In this document: positions 39,908 to 51,933 of the stretch, one piece after another
Numbering within the stretch: position 1 is the stretch's first letter
Layout: each line of letters starts with the position of its first letter
Origin: Octopus vulgaris
Lineage: Eukaryota
DNA length: 64,000 nucleotides
NCBI GenBank assembly: GCA_951406725.2
Contig: OX597831.1
Coordinates: 58,776,001-58,840,000, forward strand
Reading direction: 5' to 3'
Made by a program: the position numbers and the translations under genes
Notes under the pieces: model-generated
Databases searched by the model: none
The model's input: only the letters and a program-made list of their open reading frames with translations
Told to the model about the DNA's origin: nothing

Positions 39908-41229
39908 ACGCATGTATACACGCATATATAGAAAAGTATCTGCCCGGATTTTTAAATCTCTCTTTTCTTCTTATACCTACTTACACATACACTCAAACAC
40001 ACAAACACACACACACGGGAACAGATACATAAATATATACATAAACACATATATACAAGGTTTTTTTTTTTATTACAGACACATTTCGATACATACACCA
40101 TCGAATGCTTAGACAAAAATAGTAATATTTAAGAAGCGATATTAACGATACTGATAATTCACATCGCAAATGTACCGTTATAAAGACGCGAAATGGAAAC
40201 ATAGACAAGAAAATACAATTAAGACAATTTTATTTGTCAATGGGGATGTACGCATATAAACTTGTATCTTCTCACATCCAATTTAAACACAAAGCAAATA
40301 CCAAATAGCACTTATACATTTATACGTGTAGACACACATATACATAGACACCCACACGCATATATTTTAAAGACCTATGCATGTGTGTGTGTGTGTGCAC
40401 CAAAAACGTTTTAGAGATCATAATAGAAAATATTTTAGAAATAAGAGAAAGTATATTACAATTGTATTTTACTCAGTGAATAAGTAGATGTGTGAGCAAT
40501 TCCATACAAATGCGCATGGTACTTACATATATATATATATATATATATATACTTACTTGGAAAAGGATACGTGGCGTTCGATCATATAATAATATAAATA
40601 ATATATAAATATATGCATATATACATACATATTTGTACATACTACACACATATTTATATATACATTCATATATGGGTACAGAACATAGAACAAAAACGTT
40701 GAACACAATGAGAAACGAAAATATATAAACAAAAACATAGAAACGAACATTTTCGAACAACGAAAAAAATAAAAGGCGAAATGAGACATACAACATAAAG
40801 AATATTATCCTTCCTCAGTTGTCCCTGTTTCATCTACTCCACGGGTCGAAGGCAGGGACAAGACACGACTTCGTGGGAACAATTCGTCCTGCAAAGCAAT
40901 TTAAATAAAATGTGGAATTTTTTTCGCGGAGGGCGAAAGTGATAACAAATACAGGACGGTGAGAACAAAATAGTAAAAAGCACAGGACATTGAGAACAAA
41001 TCATTAAAACAAACAGTGAGGGCTGTTAAGCTAAGACGATAGAAAAACTATTCTGAACGCGAGGAAGACGAGCTTATGAAGGAGACAGTATTAGCATGTT
41101 TTCTTCTTTTCGAAGTTTGTGGATAGAAATACGGATTATCTTTCGTCAGGTGTCAGCGACGAGAGAGTCGGGAAGGAGTGAGAGAAAGAGAGGGAACGGC
41201 GAAATATGTTTTGGTAGTGGGCAGATCTG

Positions 41230-42610
41230 GCACATCGAAATTTTAGGGCGTGACATGTTCAATACCGTGTATGTTCTCTCTAGATATTCAAAAAGGCCAT
41301 ACATCGTCGATACATGGAGTGCATGAGGAGGTTCACAAAAGCCATTGTTACCTGTGCCCATACCCCGAGGAAAGCTGCCTCCAGCTCGTGAAAAACCTTA
41401 TACATCTCCACAGCTTCGGTTACGTTACGCTCATGTTGGTCCATCAGAGACCTAATTGGGACATCGTTGGCAAATTGAGTCTCCACCACACAGGCACGTC
41501 GGATAGCATTGATTCCCTCTCGTCCCATTGCACGGAGCCAAAATCTGACAAGACATTCCTCGTGTTTAGCCTCGTGGTGTTGGTTTAACGCCAACCTCGC
41601 AGCAATCAATTGTGCGCATTGCCAGTCCTCAATGCCTTACATTCTGCCTTAACCAGATCCATTTCTTTTCTATTCTTCGTACTTGCTAGTTCTTTATTAA
41701 CCCTAACCGACTCACGCTTGATGACTCGTTTGAGGGCATACCATCATTTGTTATTAATAATGGCACCGGTTAATACCCTCATTACTAATTACTTAATCTG
41801 ACTCCGTAATCTTCACAGTCCACTAGTGACTTGTTAAATTTACAATATCCGGCCCACTGTCTACGTACTATATCTAAGGCAAGTCTACAGGTCACACATT
41901 TGTGATCACCGCAGCAAACGTAGTGAAATTGTGGACAACTGGCTAAGTCTTATTCTAGACGCCAAATAATAATCATGTCTATGTATGACCTCGAAGATCC
42001 GTCGCTATTAGTCAATGTTCACACTGGAGCGTCCGGAAATTCTAGTCTATAAATGACTGACCAGGGCGGCGAGATGGCAGAATCGTTAGCACACCGGGCG
42101 AAATGCGTTGCCGTATTTCGCCTGCCGTTACGTTCTGAGTTCAACTTCCGCCGAGGTCGACTTAGCCTTTCATCCTTTCGGGGTCGATAAATAAAGTACC
42201 AGTTACGCGCTGGGGTCGATGTAATCGACTTAATCCCTTTGTCTTTATTTGTCCCTTCTCTATGTTTAACCCCTTGTGGGCAATAAAGAAATATATACAT
42301 AACTGACCAGATCACTGAGGCATGAGTTACCCCTCTTATTTGGGTTCGAGCCCACACAATGTATGCGTGCATGGCAGATCGTGTTAAAGTCACCTAACAA
42401 CACTAAAGTGTATGATGTACCTAGAAAACGCTTTAGTCTTCGAAAAAAGTCTGACTGTCCCGCTCTACAAGGAGCGTAGACAGCCATCAGGATGCATCAC
42501 ATCCAGGATGACCTCCCTACCTTCCGGGTCCACAAAGATGTTCTTAACTGCAGTTTCAACACCTTCCTGATGAGGACCACAACACCACCCCGCCCAGCAG
42601 GTCGATATAG
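41230..42610 (-). pseudogene. Decayed ORF2 fragment (APE and linker) of a Tx1-like LINE related to 20469-23906, interrupted by a SINE
   Basis: FVDPEGREVILD, AVYAPCRAGQSDFFRRLKRFLGTSYTLVLLGDFN and AARLALNQHHEAKHEECLVR align with FLDPEGRLVVLD, AVYAPSLTGRPDFFRRLESFMGTS and AARLALDQHLNAKHEGCVVR. Confidence 0.9.
42065..42293 (+). mobile_element. Full-length tRNA-derived SINE with Tx1-like tail and ~17-bp TSD
   Basis: GGCGGCGAGATGGCAGAATCGTTAGC head, GAGTTCAACTTCC B box; TSD TATAAATGACTGACCAG (42048-42064) / TATACATAACTGACCAG (42294-42310). Confidence 0.92.
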
Positions 42611-43768
42611 TGAAATCACTAAGTTGAGATAAATTTATTGAAAATGAAAGATAAACATAACACACATATTGTTTATATGTTGTATATTTTTCTTTATTGA
42701 GATGAAATTTATAAATATGTTGTGAAATAATTTAACCCCAGGAACAGAAAGACAATATGTCGCTTCCTTAAATTTTCTCAAAATAATTTTATCAAAATTT
42801 GAAATACCACTTTTTCATTATATTCTTAAAGGATTAACTTATATGGAAGCTTCCTTAGAATTTATATTCATAAACAGATGCATTGTGATTAATGATATAC
42901 GTCTACATAATATCATATTCATAAATTTTTGAACATATATTTATTTAAACACAATATATTTTCGTGTATGTTGTAGATTGAATAAACTTGATATCTCTAT
43001 ATTGTCATGTAGAGTTAGATATCTCCGAAGAAAAAAGAAATATAGAAATATTTTTTTACTTCAAAATTTTCTGTAACTTTGGTAACATAAAATAATTGGA
43101 ATCTCAACAAGTTCCAAGCGAAAGGGCGCCTGCTGTATGTTTTATGTTCTAAATATTATCACGAATAATTTAAAATAAGACGTATTGAAATTCTAGGCGT
43201 CGTAGATTTTTAAGAACTAATTTCCTTATAATAATTTATGAACATTTCTTTCTGTATAGAGACGCGTGTGGAATATACTGTAGATTTTATTTGACTAACC
43301 ATAGCTCACTTGCCTGTCAGTTTTTATTCACACAACCATTAACGTGTCCTCACAATTTATCCAATACCTGTTTTATACACTCTACTCAAAACGCTAGAAT
43401 GAGCTATTTGCTAGACAATCGCCAGACAATCGCTTAGATCTTAAATAGAGTAGGACATAGTGAATGATATATTTAACTTCTTCATAAAATTATGACGAGA
43501 TAATTGCAATGTAACTCTTTGATTATTGGTGTGTTCCATTAGAAAAGTAACGCGCTAAACAATAACAACAGCAGCAGCAGCGACAAAAACATATTCACAA
43601 GAGTGATTTCGAGTTGAGAATATAATCGGATCATCTCTGGCACATGGTCGGTACCACTGTGGTTTTTACATTTTTGGTTTAGTTGCTCAAGCCGAATATT
43701 CCGCGTCAATTATCCTTCAGCATCGTCACGTTTCACACACAATCAATAATCGAAAAAATGCGACTTAC

Positions 43769-43816
43769 CTCCTCCTCCCCGTCCTCCTCCTCTTCGTTGA
43801 ACTCTGCACGTGTCAA
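43769..43816 (-). CDS. Candidate 48-nt internal exon of an unidentified host gene (LTRAEFNEEEEDGEEE in phase 0)
   Basis: Minus strand CATTTCAG|TTGACA...GAGGAG|GTAAGT: canonical acceptor and consensus donor, length divisible by 3, open frame, GC-rich against the background. Confidence 0.4.
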
Positions 43817-44644
43817 CTGAAATGCCACTTTATCATGTTTCAAAACAAATACGTACACGTGGATGCTGTGTCAAGTGCGTTTAGTATTAACTACTGGAAT
43901 GTCATTCCTTGATACAAATCTGCTGGCTACTTGCTATTTTCCGTCACATAACACTAAATTCTCAAACTTGAGAGATCTAGCAAAAACAAAAGAAAGAAAA
44001 CGGAACAAGAAAACTGACATTAGCAAGCCCTAGAATCTGCCTGCCACAAGAATTATGTTTCACACTTATATACTCTATCCGTCTTTCATCATTTGGTTAA
44101 GACGTTTTCCTTCAGAATTCTCCACCGTAATAGGAATCGATAGAAAATTCTTGAATCGACATTCCGGCAACCCTTATCACTTCACCAAACATTTTGCGCT
44201 TTATGGAAAATGACATGTCTGATTTTCCTTCATGCAACATTCACATTGTGCGAATAAAATTCCTCGTTGTCGTCTTCTTCATCTTCCACATGCTACCCAG
44301 TCAAAGGTATCTTGCACAGAAATGCAGCAACATACCTCAGGTGGAAGCGATAAGGGTTGCTACATGATTTCGTACATTTCTGCGAATCACTCTTTGAACA
44401 CTAAGGAACAACATACAAATAAACATCAAATATCAACAAAAGGTGCTACTCCGCGCATACCGTCGTGATAAGTAACGGAGGACAAATTTGACGGTATTAT
44501 GACCTACACAATATTTCCAATATGCATAGAAAACATCATGATTCTTATTTACAGCCGACAAAATGCAGCTCCTGGTATGATGACCCAAAACAACTATTGC
44601 GACGAATACAAATCTATGTTGCTTTAAATAACAAGTATTTCACG

Positions 44645-44784
44645 TACATTATTTACATTCGACGGATATTTGTCCGCATCTTGTTTGTTGTCAACACAAC
44701 GTTTCGGCTGATATACCCTCCAGGCTCTCCAGGTGTCTTGGGGAAAATTCGAACCTGCGTTCTCATTCCTAAGGTATTCTTCGA

Positions 44785-44815
<31 letters not shown>

Positions 44816-44944
44816 GTTGTTGTTATTATTATCATTATTATCATTATTATCGTTGTTGTTCAGGTCACTGCTTGGAATCGAACTCGGAATCTTGGTGTTA
44901 GTAACCCGCGCTCTTCACCACTACGCCATATGCCCGTGGGCATA
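44645..44944 (-). mobile_element. Second copy of the tRNA-head/(AAT)n/hammerhead-tail element
   Basis: Reverse complement is colinear with 27785-28096; core decayed to CTGGAGA but CAGCC-GAAACGTTGTGTT retained; short palindrome ATATGCCC-GT-GGGCATAT at the head. Confidence 0.85.
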
Positions 44945-45120
44945 TTTCACGTGTCCATAAATTTAAATCTAATATGAATTTACTGAAATCTTAAGTATTA
45001 GCTTTTGTCATGCCGTCTTACTGCATAATTATCGTCTTCTCGAGATTCCATCTCACTATTAATATCCTCGTCTTTAACGAGTGACTGCTTATTATCACAC
45101 AATAAATAATTCAGGAGAAA

Positions 45121-45332
45121 GCAGAGATGGCAGAATCACTATCATTCCGGTCAAACTTCTTAGGGGCATTTCATCCGTCTTTACGTTTTGTGTTCAGATT
45201 TTGTGTGCGTGGTTGACTTCGACTTTCACCCTTGCGGGTTCGATGAAATGAGTACCAGTCGAGCACTGGGATCAATATGATCCACTTACTCCCCGCCCCT
45301 AAAATTGCAGGCATTGTGCTAAGTTTTGAAAC
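45121..45332 (+). mobile_element. Decayed SINE (GGCGGCGAGCTGGCAGAA family) with an alternative tail
   Basis: Head and body match 50788-50950; tail CCCCTAAAATTGCAGGCATTGTGCTAAGTTTTGAAACC differs. Confidence 0.7.
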
Positions 45333-45504
45333 CGATGTATAATTCAGGAAAGAATTCTGTAAAAATATTCTGACGGATTAAGTTTGATTCTATTCATAAA
45401 ACATTCTGGTTCATTACCTCGCCAAGGAGTTGAGCTAAACAACTCAAAAAAATATTCTAAAATCTACAATCAACCCAATTGGTTTCAGAGGTTTAAGCCA
45501 AATG

Positions 45505-45720
45505 CAGAGGATGCAGGAAAAACGAGAAGTACAAAGACCAAGTATTCGTAGTGAAACGCAATTTCAAAGCCCCCAAAATGCCTGCGTTACCTATTGCGGT
45601 CGGTGCATTGGGATCATCTGAAAGACAATAGTATTCTGGCATAAAAACCGCAATAGTAAAAGTTATAGGAATATTAAACGTTATAGGAAGTACACAGCTT
45701 GAAGCAATACTTTCATATCT
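45505..45720 (+). mobile_element. Highly decayed RLE-type (R4/Dong-like) LINE C-terminal fragment
   Basis: Manual translation EKYKDQVFVVKRNFKAPKMPALPIAVGALGS parallels the fragment at 32872. Confidence 0.55.
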
Positions 45721-47210
45721 TCCCTGCTTTCAAGCATTTATATCCTAACTTAGATACACATCTCTCCGACTTGAGACTGAAAACACAATAGGCATATTTC
45801 AAAATCCAAAAGCCCGATACACTGAAAGAAAATAAGGAAATAATTGAACTTACAGCTTAACGTATTGTTAGCATCTTAATAACCTGTTTCAACTCAGTAC
45901 TGATATTTCCGTAATATCTAAACAGTGAACAGAATTATTAAACCTCTAAAGCCTAAAAGTAAACATAATATCTCATTTGAAAAGACCAGTGAAACTATCA
46001 ATGATTGGGTTGGTATTACTTTTCTAAGCTGGAACAGTGATGGTTGCTATTTCTAGCTGATCGAACGTTTGTAAAGGGTTTACTTTGTTGACTGGCAAAC
46101 GTTGTGCTTTCAACATTCAGCTCATATTATTTCCTTTTCACGAAACTATCGAATGAAAATGAACGGAATTGTGTTTTCGTTGAGATTATGTATTTTCTTG
46201 ATTTTGTTATTTAAGCTTTGATTTATAAAAGATACGTAATACATTACAACGGTGCGCAGGAGATATTTCGAATGTACATAAATAATGGGGATTAGCATTC
46301 CTGCATAAAAGATGCTAGAAAAAGAATTTCGCAGCATGCGTAAAATCACAGTAACACACACATGTTAGTTCTTTATTGAATATTGTATGTTTACATTCGC
46401 TTTTGTAAAGAAATAATTTACAAATTGATATTCCGATGGTATTAAATGACTATTCATTTTACATAGCGTTTCTAGCTTCTTCGGCTCCTGACATGTTGGC
46501 GTTGAATCAATTTGCATCAAGTTATAAGATATTAACCGATCTTTTTAGCAAATTGTAGAAATTTTCTGCTTCATACACGACTTTATTCAATAGAATTGCA
46601 GTAAAGTTGCTGCAATGGGAAATAGTTGGGTAACAGTAAAACTAATTAGCTCCTATCTCCAGATCCGACATGTTGACTACGTTTCAGTATAATAGCGATT
46701 TGCATTTTAATGTGTATACACATGCACACACACATACACACAGTCACACACACACACATACACGGCACGCAGACACACACACGCACAAATGTATATTTAA
46801 ATATGCGTATGTATTTATATATGTATGTATGAATCTATCTATATTTGTGCATGTATGTGTGCATACATACATACATACATACATGTATATATATATATAT
46901 GTATATATGTATATATATATATATATAATTAATTAATAAGGGTGAGAGAATTAGATACTAATTTAATAGTATATTTATTCCACACCAAGTGGCCTAGTGC
47001 TACGAGAAACCTGGATTATTATAATATTTTATAACATATTATAATATTTTCACAAAATAAATATAAGAGAGTGGTCACTATATTGATCACTCTAGCACCA
47101 GTTAATCCAAAAGGTTTCAACCACGAAAATACATGTTTCCCATGAAAGCCAGTACGACTGTTAGCTCACACGGACAGGGCAAATAAAAAATAACAAAAAT
47201 ACAGATTATT

Positions 47211-47286
47211 TTGGGACAATTGTTTCGCTATTAATGAATTAAATGTAATATTACTTACAATAATCTATTTGTAGCTCGTCAGCCAA
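47211..47286 (-). ncRNA. Type I hammerhead ribozyme motif (copy 1)
   Basis: Minus strand: TTGG-CTGACGA-GCTA...TAGC-GAAAC-AATT-GTC|CCAA. Confidence 0.85.
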
Positions 47287-47743
47287 GACTATCTGGATGA
47301 AATCCACTCAATCACACGCCAGATTTTACCATAACGATAAATACGCGTGTGGTTCAATTGATTACATCCGACGTTATAATTCAAATGCCCCAACCAACAG
47401 CGCGCCAAACTCTCACGGAAAACAAATACAGCATTTAGAAATAAATGCAGCATAATTATAATTAATTAATAAGGGTGAGAGAATTAGATACTAATTTAAT
47501 AGTATATTTATTCCACACCAAGTGGCCTAGTGCTACGAGAAACCTGGATTATTATAATATTTTATAACATATTATAATATTTTCACAAAATAAATATAAG
47601 AGAGTGGTCACTATATTGATCACTCTAGCACCAGTTAATCCAAAAGGTTTCAACCACGAAAATACATGTTTCCCATGAAAGCCAGTACGACTGTTAGCTC
47701 ACACGGACAGGGCAAATAAAAAATAACAAAAATACAGATTATT

Positions 47744-47819
47744 TTGGGACAATTGTTTCGCTATTAATGAATTAAATGTAATATTACTTACAATAATCCA
47801 TTTGTAGCTCGTCAGCCAA
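47744..47819 (-). ncRNA. Type I hammerhead ribozyme motif (copy 2)
   Basis: Same motif, 533 bp from copy 1. Confidence 0.85.
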
Positions 47820-48063
47820 GACTATCTGGATGAAATCCACTCAATCACACGCCAGATTTTACCATAACGATAAATACGCGTGTGGTTCAATTGATTATGC
47901 TGCATTTATTTCTAAATGCTGTATTTGTTTTCCGTGAGAGTTTGGCGCGCTGTTGGTTGGGGCATTTGAATTATAACGTCGGATGTAATCAATTGAACCA
48001 CACGCGTATTTATCGTTATGGTAAAATCTGGCGTGTGATTGAGTGGATTTCATCCAGATAGTC

Positions 48064-48139
48064 TTGGCTGACGAGCTACAAATGGATTATTGTAAGTAAT
48101 ATTACATTTAATTCATTAATAGCGAAACAATTGTCCCAA
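48064..48139 (+). ncRNA. Type I hammerhead ribozyme motif (inverted copy)
   Basis: Stem I TTGG/CCAA; core CTGACGA (48068-48074); stem II GCTA/TAGC with an extended hairpin; GAAAC (48124-48128); palindromic ACAATTGT stem III; GTC cleavage triplet (48133-48135). Confidence 0.88.
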
Positions 48140-48290
48140 AATAATCTGTATTTTTGTTATTTTTTATTTGCCCTGTCCGTGTGAGCTAACAGTCGTACTG
48201 GCTTTCATGGGAAACATGTATTTTCGTGGTTGAAACCTTTTGGATTAACTGGTGCTAGAGTGATCAATATAGTGACCACTCTCTTATATT

Positions 48291-48356
<66 letters not shown>

Positions 48357-48589
48357 TGCGTCATGAGTTGCCATGATAGATCGTTAGCCACTACACACAT
48401 TTTTTCTCTCCTTTTTTTCTCTCCTTGTTTTCTGCGTCCCTTTTTGTAGAAGAACGTAGGTTTGAAACGTAAAAGACTTTTTCTATTCCTGAGCGTTATA
48501 CTAATACATGTGTTTGTTTTATACACCACCTGTCTTCGTCTTTTGCTGCTTTTTCGTAAACTCTCCCCATATATATACATACATATCTA

Positions 48590-48628
<39 letters not shown>

Positions 48629-48929
48629 GTATCACATATCTCTAAAGGCATACACAAATGTCTGCCTATATTAGCAGATATTCACATATACATGAATTGT
48701 CATATCTGTTTATTTAAGTAAACCTACACTTAATCTTAATTATGCAGAATACATTTTTGTTAATATTGTATGCAGTTAACATACCATATGGCGTTTATGT
48801 ATTTAAACGCCTTTTATTTTCCAATTAGGTAGGGAATGAAGGAAGTAGTTTTGACTTTTAGAAGCCCTCAGAGAGTTGTTGTGTTAACAGAATCGAAGAA
48901 TCGATATTAGCTTCAACATGCCTTCATTC

Positions 48930-49110
48930 CATATCTTTTACTTGAATCAATCATAAGACTGTAGTCATGATGGGGCACCGCTTTGAAGAATTTTAGCCGA
49001 CCGAATCTACTCCAGTACTTGTTTTTTAAACATGATAATTATTCTATCGTTCGCTTTTTCCGAACCGCTACACAGCGGAAGCGTAAACGCACCAACACTA
49101 GATGTCAAAT
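48930..49110 (-). mobile_element. Decayed 3' half of a CORE-like SINE
   Basis: GACTGTAGTCATGATGGGGCACCGC and CTTTTTCCGAACCGCTA blocks. Confidence 0.6.
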
Positions 49111-50787
49111 GGTGTGTGCATGTGCGTAGTGTATGTTTGTGGACGAGAGTTATCTTTGCCTATGCGTGTGTTTATGCGTGTTATTTGTGTGTCTATATAT
49201 TGTGTGTTTATATATTATTTATACTTGTGTGGGTGCGGGAGTGTGCATGATGGTGTGTGGTGCATGTACTGAGTTAAACAGTGGGTGGCAGCTCATATAG
49301 TGGTATGTGTGGTGATGGTATTGGTGATTTTGTGGATGTGTGGGTAATGGTGTGTGGTATATTTCGAATTTAGAATAATTCGCTTGGAAAATATTATCGT
49401 TACCATTCTTAGTAATCAGAGAAAGCATCGATTAACGCTGAAATATACCCCCAGTACATTTTGATTCCAACTGAACTGTCAGTTGTTAGTGTTGAATTAG
49501 CTGAGGATAATTAGAAGCACGAGAACAAGACCCAGGTAAGGATGGAATTCCTTTGCACTTGGTAAGATGTTACACATTTTGTTCGACGTTTTAAAGACAA
49601 ACACACATTTACTGATATCTTTTTCGTATTACGTTACTTACTCTGGGAATTACATTTCAGACTGAAAACTATATTATCATCAATTATATACTCAGTTCTA
49701 CGTTGATTTCCATGCTGAATGGTTTGTGTAGTAAGAGACATCAGATACAGAGTGCAACAAAATTTGAAAAATGAAGGGAGATGAAGGTACACATTAAAAA
49801 CGTGTCTGCCGTTTGAAAAAGAAAGAAAGAAAAAGAAACAAAACTTTAAATCTTTACAATATAAATTAATTTTTCCTAATTTATACGGTAAAATAATTAT
49901 TAAAGTAAATGTTGTTTTCTCGCATTTACCGAGAACGGGAAAGACTACTTGCCTCAATTTACATATAAAATAGTAGAATAAACCTATTTTGAAACTAATT
50001 TCCTTTCATGATTTCTGTGCAGTTCCAACCATCTACAGCCATCAAAATTTGGCACAATGCCAGCGATTTTATGATGAGTGCAATGAAACAAAACCATCGG
50101 TCCCATTTATCAACTGTAAAAAAGATGAATGACACATTTAATCTATGTGGGGTTTACACTATTTAATAAAGACGTTACGTAAGTAGTTTTGTAATCAACT
50201 TTTATGACAGAAATAATAATTGAACTACTATACATATGTAAAAGCGTGTGTCCTGCTAGTTTGTGTGCCATGCACACGAATGTTAGATTGTGGGTTATGT
50301 TCCCAGGAGGTCGGAGTGCTTTGTCTTTTTACAAGTCACTTAATCTTTCCTTACTTCGTTTGACTCAAGTCAAACGACTAACAAATATTGGGAAGGAGTT
50401 AACACCTGAAGCTCGCTAGCATTTCCTTAGAGTACGCTTAAACATCAAGAACAGCAAATTAAATATATTTATTTCTGTATAGTATAGTATAGAATTTAAA
50501 TGGATTTTGTCATGAGTAGAGATAACAGCAGCATAACTTAGCAGGAGAAAGTTGTAAACAGTTGATGAGAAAACGAGCTTGTGCTTGATGGTGTTTCGCT
50601 CCATGATAACTCTGCTGAAGACTACCAACGATGATAATCTCATATACATGTATACATACAATCATACATTCGTGCCTAATCTCATATAATCATGCATACG
50701 TAGTGCCTAATCTCATACAATCATGCATACGTACGCACATATGCATACATGCACGCAAGTTCCAACCATCTATAATACGGTTGTAAA

Positions 50788-51008
50788 GTCGGCGAGCTGG
50801 CAGAAACGTTAGCACGCCGGGCGAAATGCTTAGCGGTATTTCGTCTGTCGTTACGTTCTGAGTTCAAATTCCGCCGAGGTCCACTTTGCCTTTCATCCCT
50901 TCGGGGTCGATAAATTAAGTACCAGTACTGGGGTCGATATAATCGACTTAATCCGTTTGTCCTTGTGTGTCCCCTCTGTGTTTAGCCCCTTGTGGGCAGT
51001 AAAGAAAT
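50788..51008 (+). mobile_element. Full-length tRNA-derived SINE with Tx1-like tail
   Basis: GGCGAGCTGGCAGAAACGTTAGC head, GAGTTCAAATTCC B box, colinear with 42065-42293. Confidence 0.92.
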
Positions 51009-51360
51009 ATATATATATACATGCACGCATAGACACACACACATACACATAGGAACTGGTTGCCGTAGTGTATTCCCTTGCTCACACCATATCACTATTT
51101 TTGTTGTTTTAGAAAGGTTTTAGTTGCAATCACACATACACACAAAAGTAAAAAAAAGCACAACGTATTATTCGCGAAATCTCTTACCGCGTATGGACAT
51201 GCATTAAATTCACAGTTCTCTGTCTTACGTGCTTGCTCTCGTTCTGATATTGCACACTAGTAGTATATGATTCAGCTTTTTGCAGTTTTATATCAATATC
51301 ACTTTACTTTTGCTCTTACTATTCTAGAATATTTTCTGAAACATCTGGACTGTATAAGTA

Positions 51361-51933
51361 TTGGGTCGTCCGGAAATTTCGTGCCGATTTTTAAAAGAAA
51401 GTAAAAGGTCAATAAATACTTGCCATTACCCAAGCTTTACCAGGTGTTTATGAACGACGGATGTCGATAGGTTGAGGCTTTCTGCCAATTCTCGGGTTGT
51501 GCAATGTGAGTTATTTTCAACTAATGACTTGATTTGGTCATCATCTGTAGTGGATGGTCTGTCTGATCGTTCTTTATCAATAAGGCTACAATCTCCAGCT
51601 CCGAACCTGGCGACTACTTCCGTACAGTTCTTTCGGATAAAGAAACATCACCGTAAACTGCGCATATTTCTTTGGTTGCTTGTGAGACATTTTTCCCTTT
51701 ATGGAAAAAGAAAAACATCAAGTGCTGAAAATGAACTTTCTTATCTTCCATTTTAAAGGGTTACAGAATTAATACAGGTTATAGGAACATAAACCTTCTT
51801 CCACGAAAAGATAGCTTAAACTGTGCTCTAAATGGAGGTGTAGACAAATACTATTTTATGGACTCAAACATGTTCTAAAATATGTCGAAAGGTAAGCTGC
51901 TATAAATCGGCACGAAGTTTCCGGACAACCCAA
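51361..51933 (-). mobile_element. Internally deleted mariner element with both TIRs and TA TSD
   Basis: TA|TTGGGTCGTCCGGAAATTTCGTGCCGATTT ... AAATCGGCACGAAGTTTCCGGACAACCCAA|TA; the minus strand from 51751 encodes a decayed N-terminus MEDKKVHFQHLM...ATKEICAVYGD...SERTVRK...RSDRPSTTDDDQIKSLVENN..TTRELAESLN. Confidence 0.92.

Larger units (their letters stand above)
46925..48293. repeat. 533-bp non-coding unit in tandem (46925-47457, 47458-47897 partial) followed by an inverted partial copy (47894-48293); retrozyme / Penelope pLTR-like
   Basis: Copies are near-identical by eye (one difference seen: AATCTATTT vs AATCCATTT); ATTA microhomology at the inversion junction; (TA)n on both flanks. Confidence 0.95.

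Noticed and set aside
46925-47897. CRISPR array or LTR retrotransposon pair
   Set aside because: No short repeat-spacer pattern; units are directly adjacent with no internal region, TG...CA ends, PBS or PPT
50630-50735. Short ~28-bp tandem duplication (GTGCCTAATCTCATA...); also 14-bp (14610-14640) and 13-bp (58324-58350) doublets
   Set aside because: Ordinary slippage duplications with no further structure
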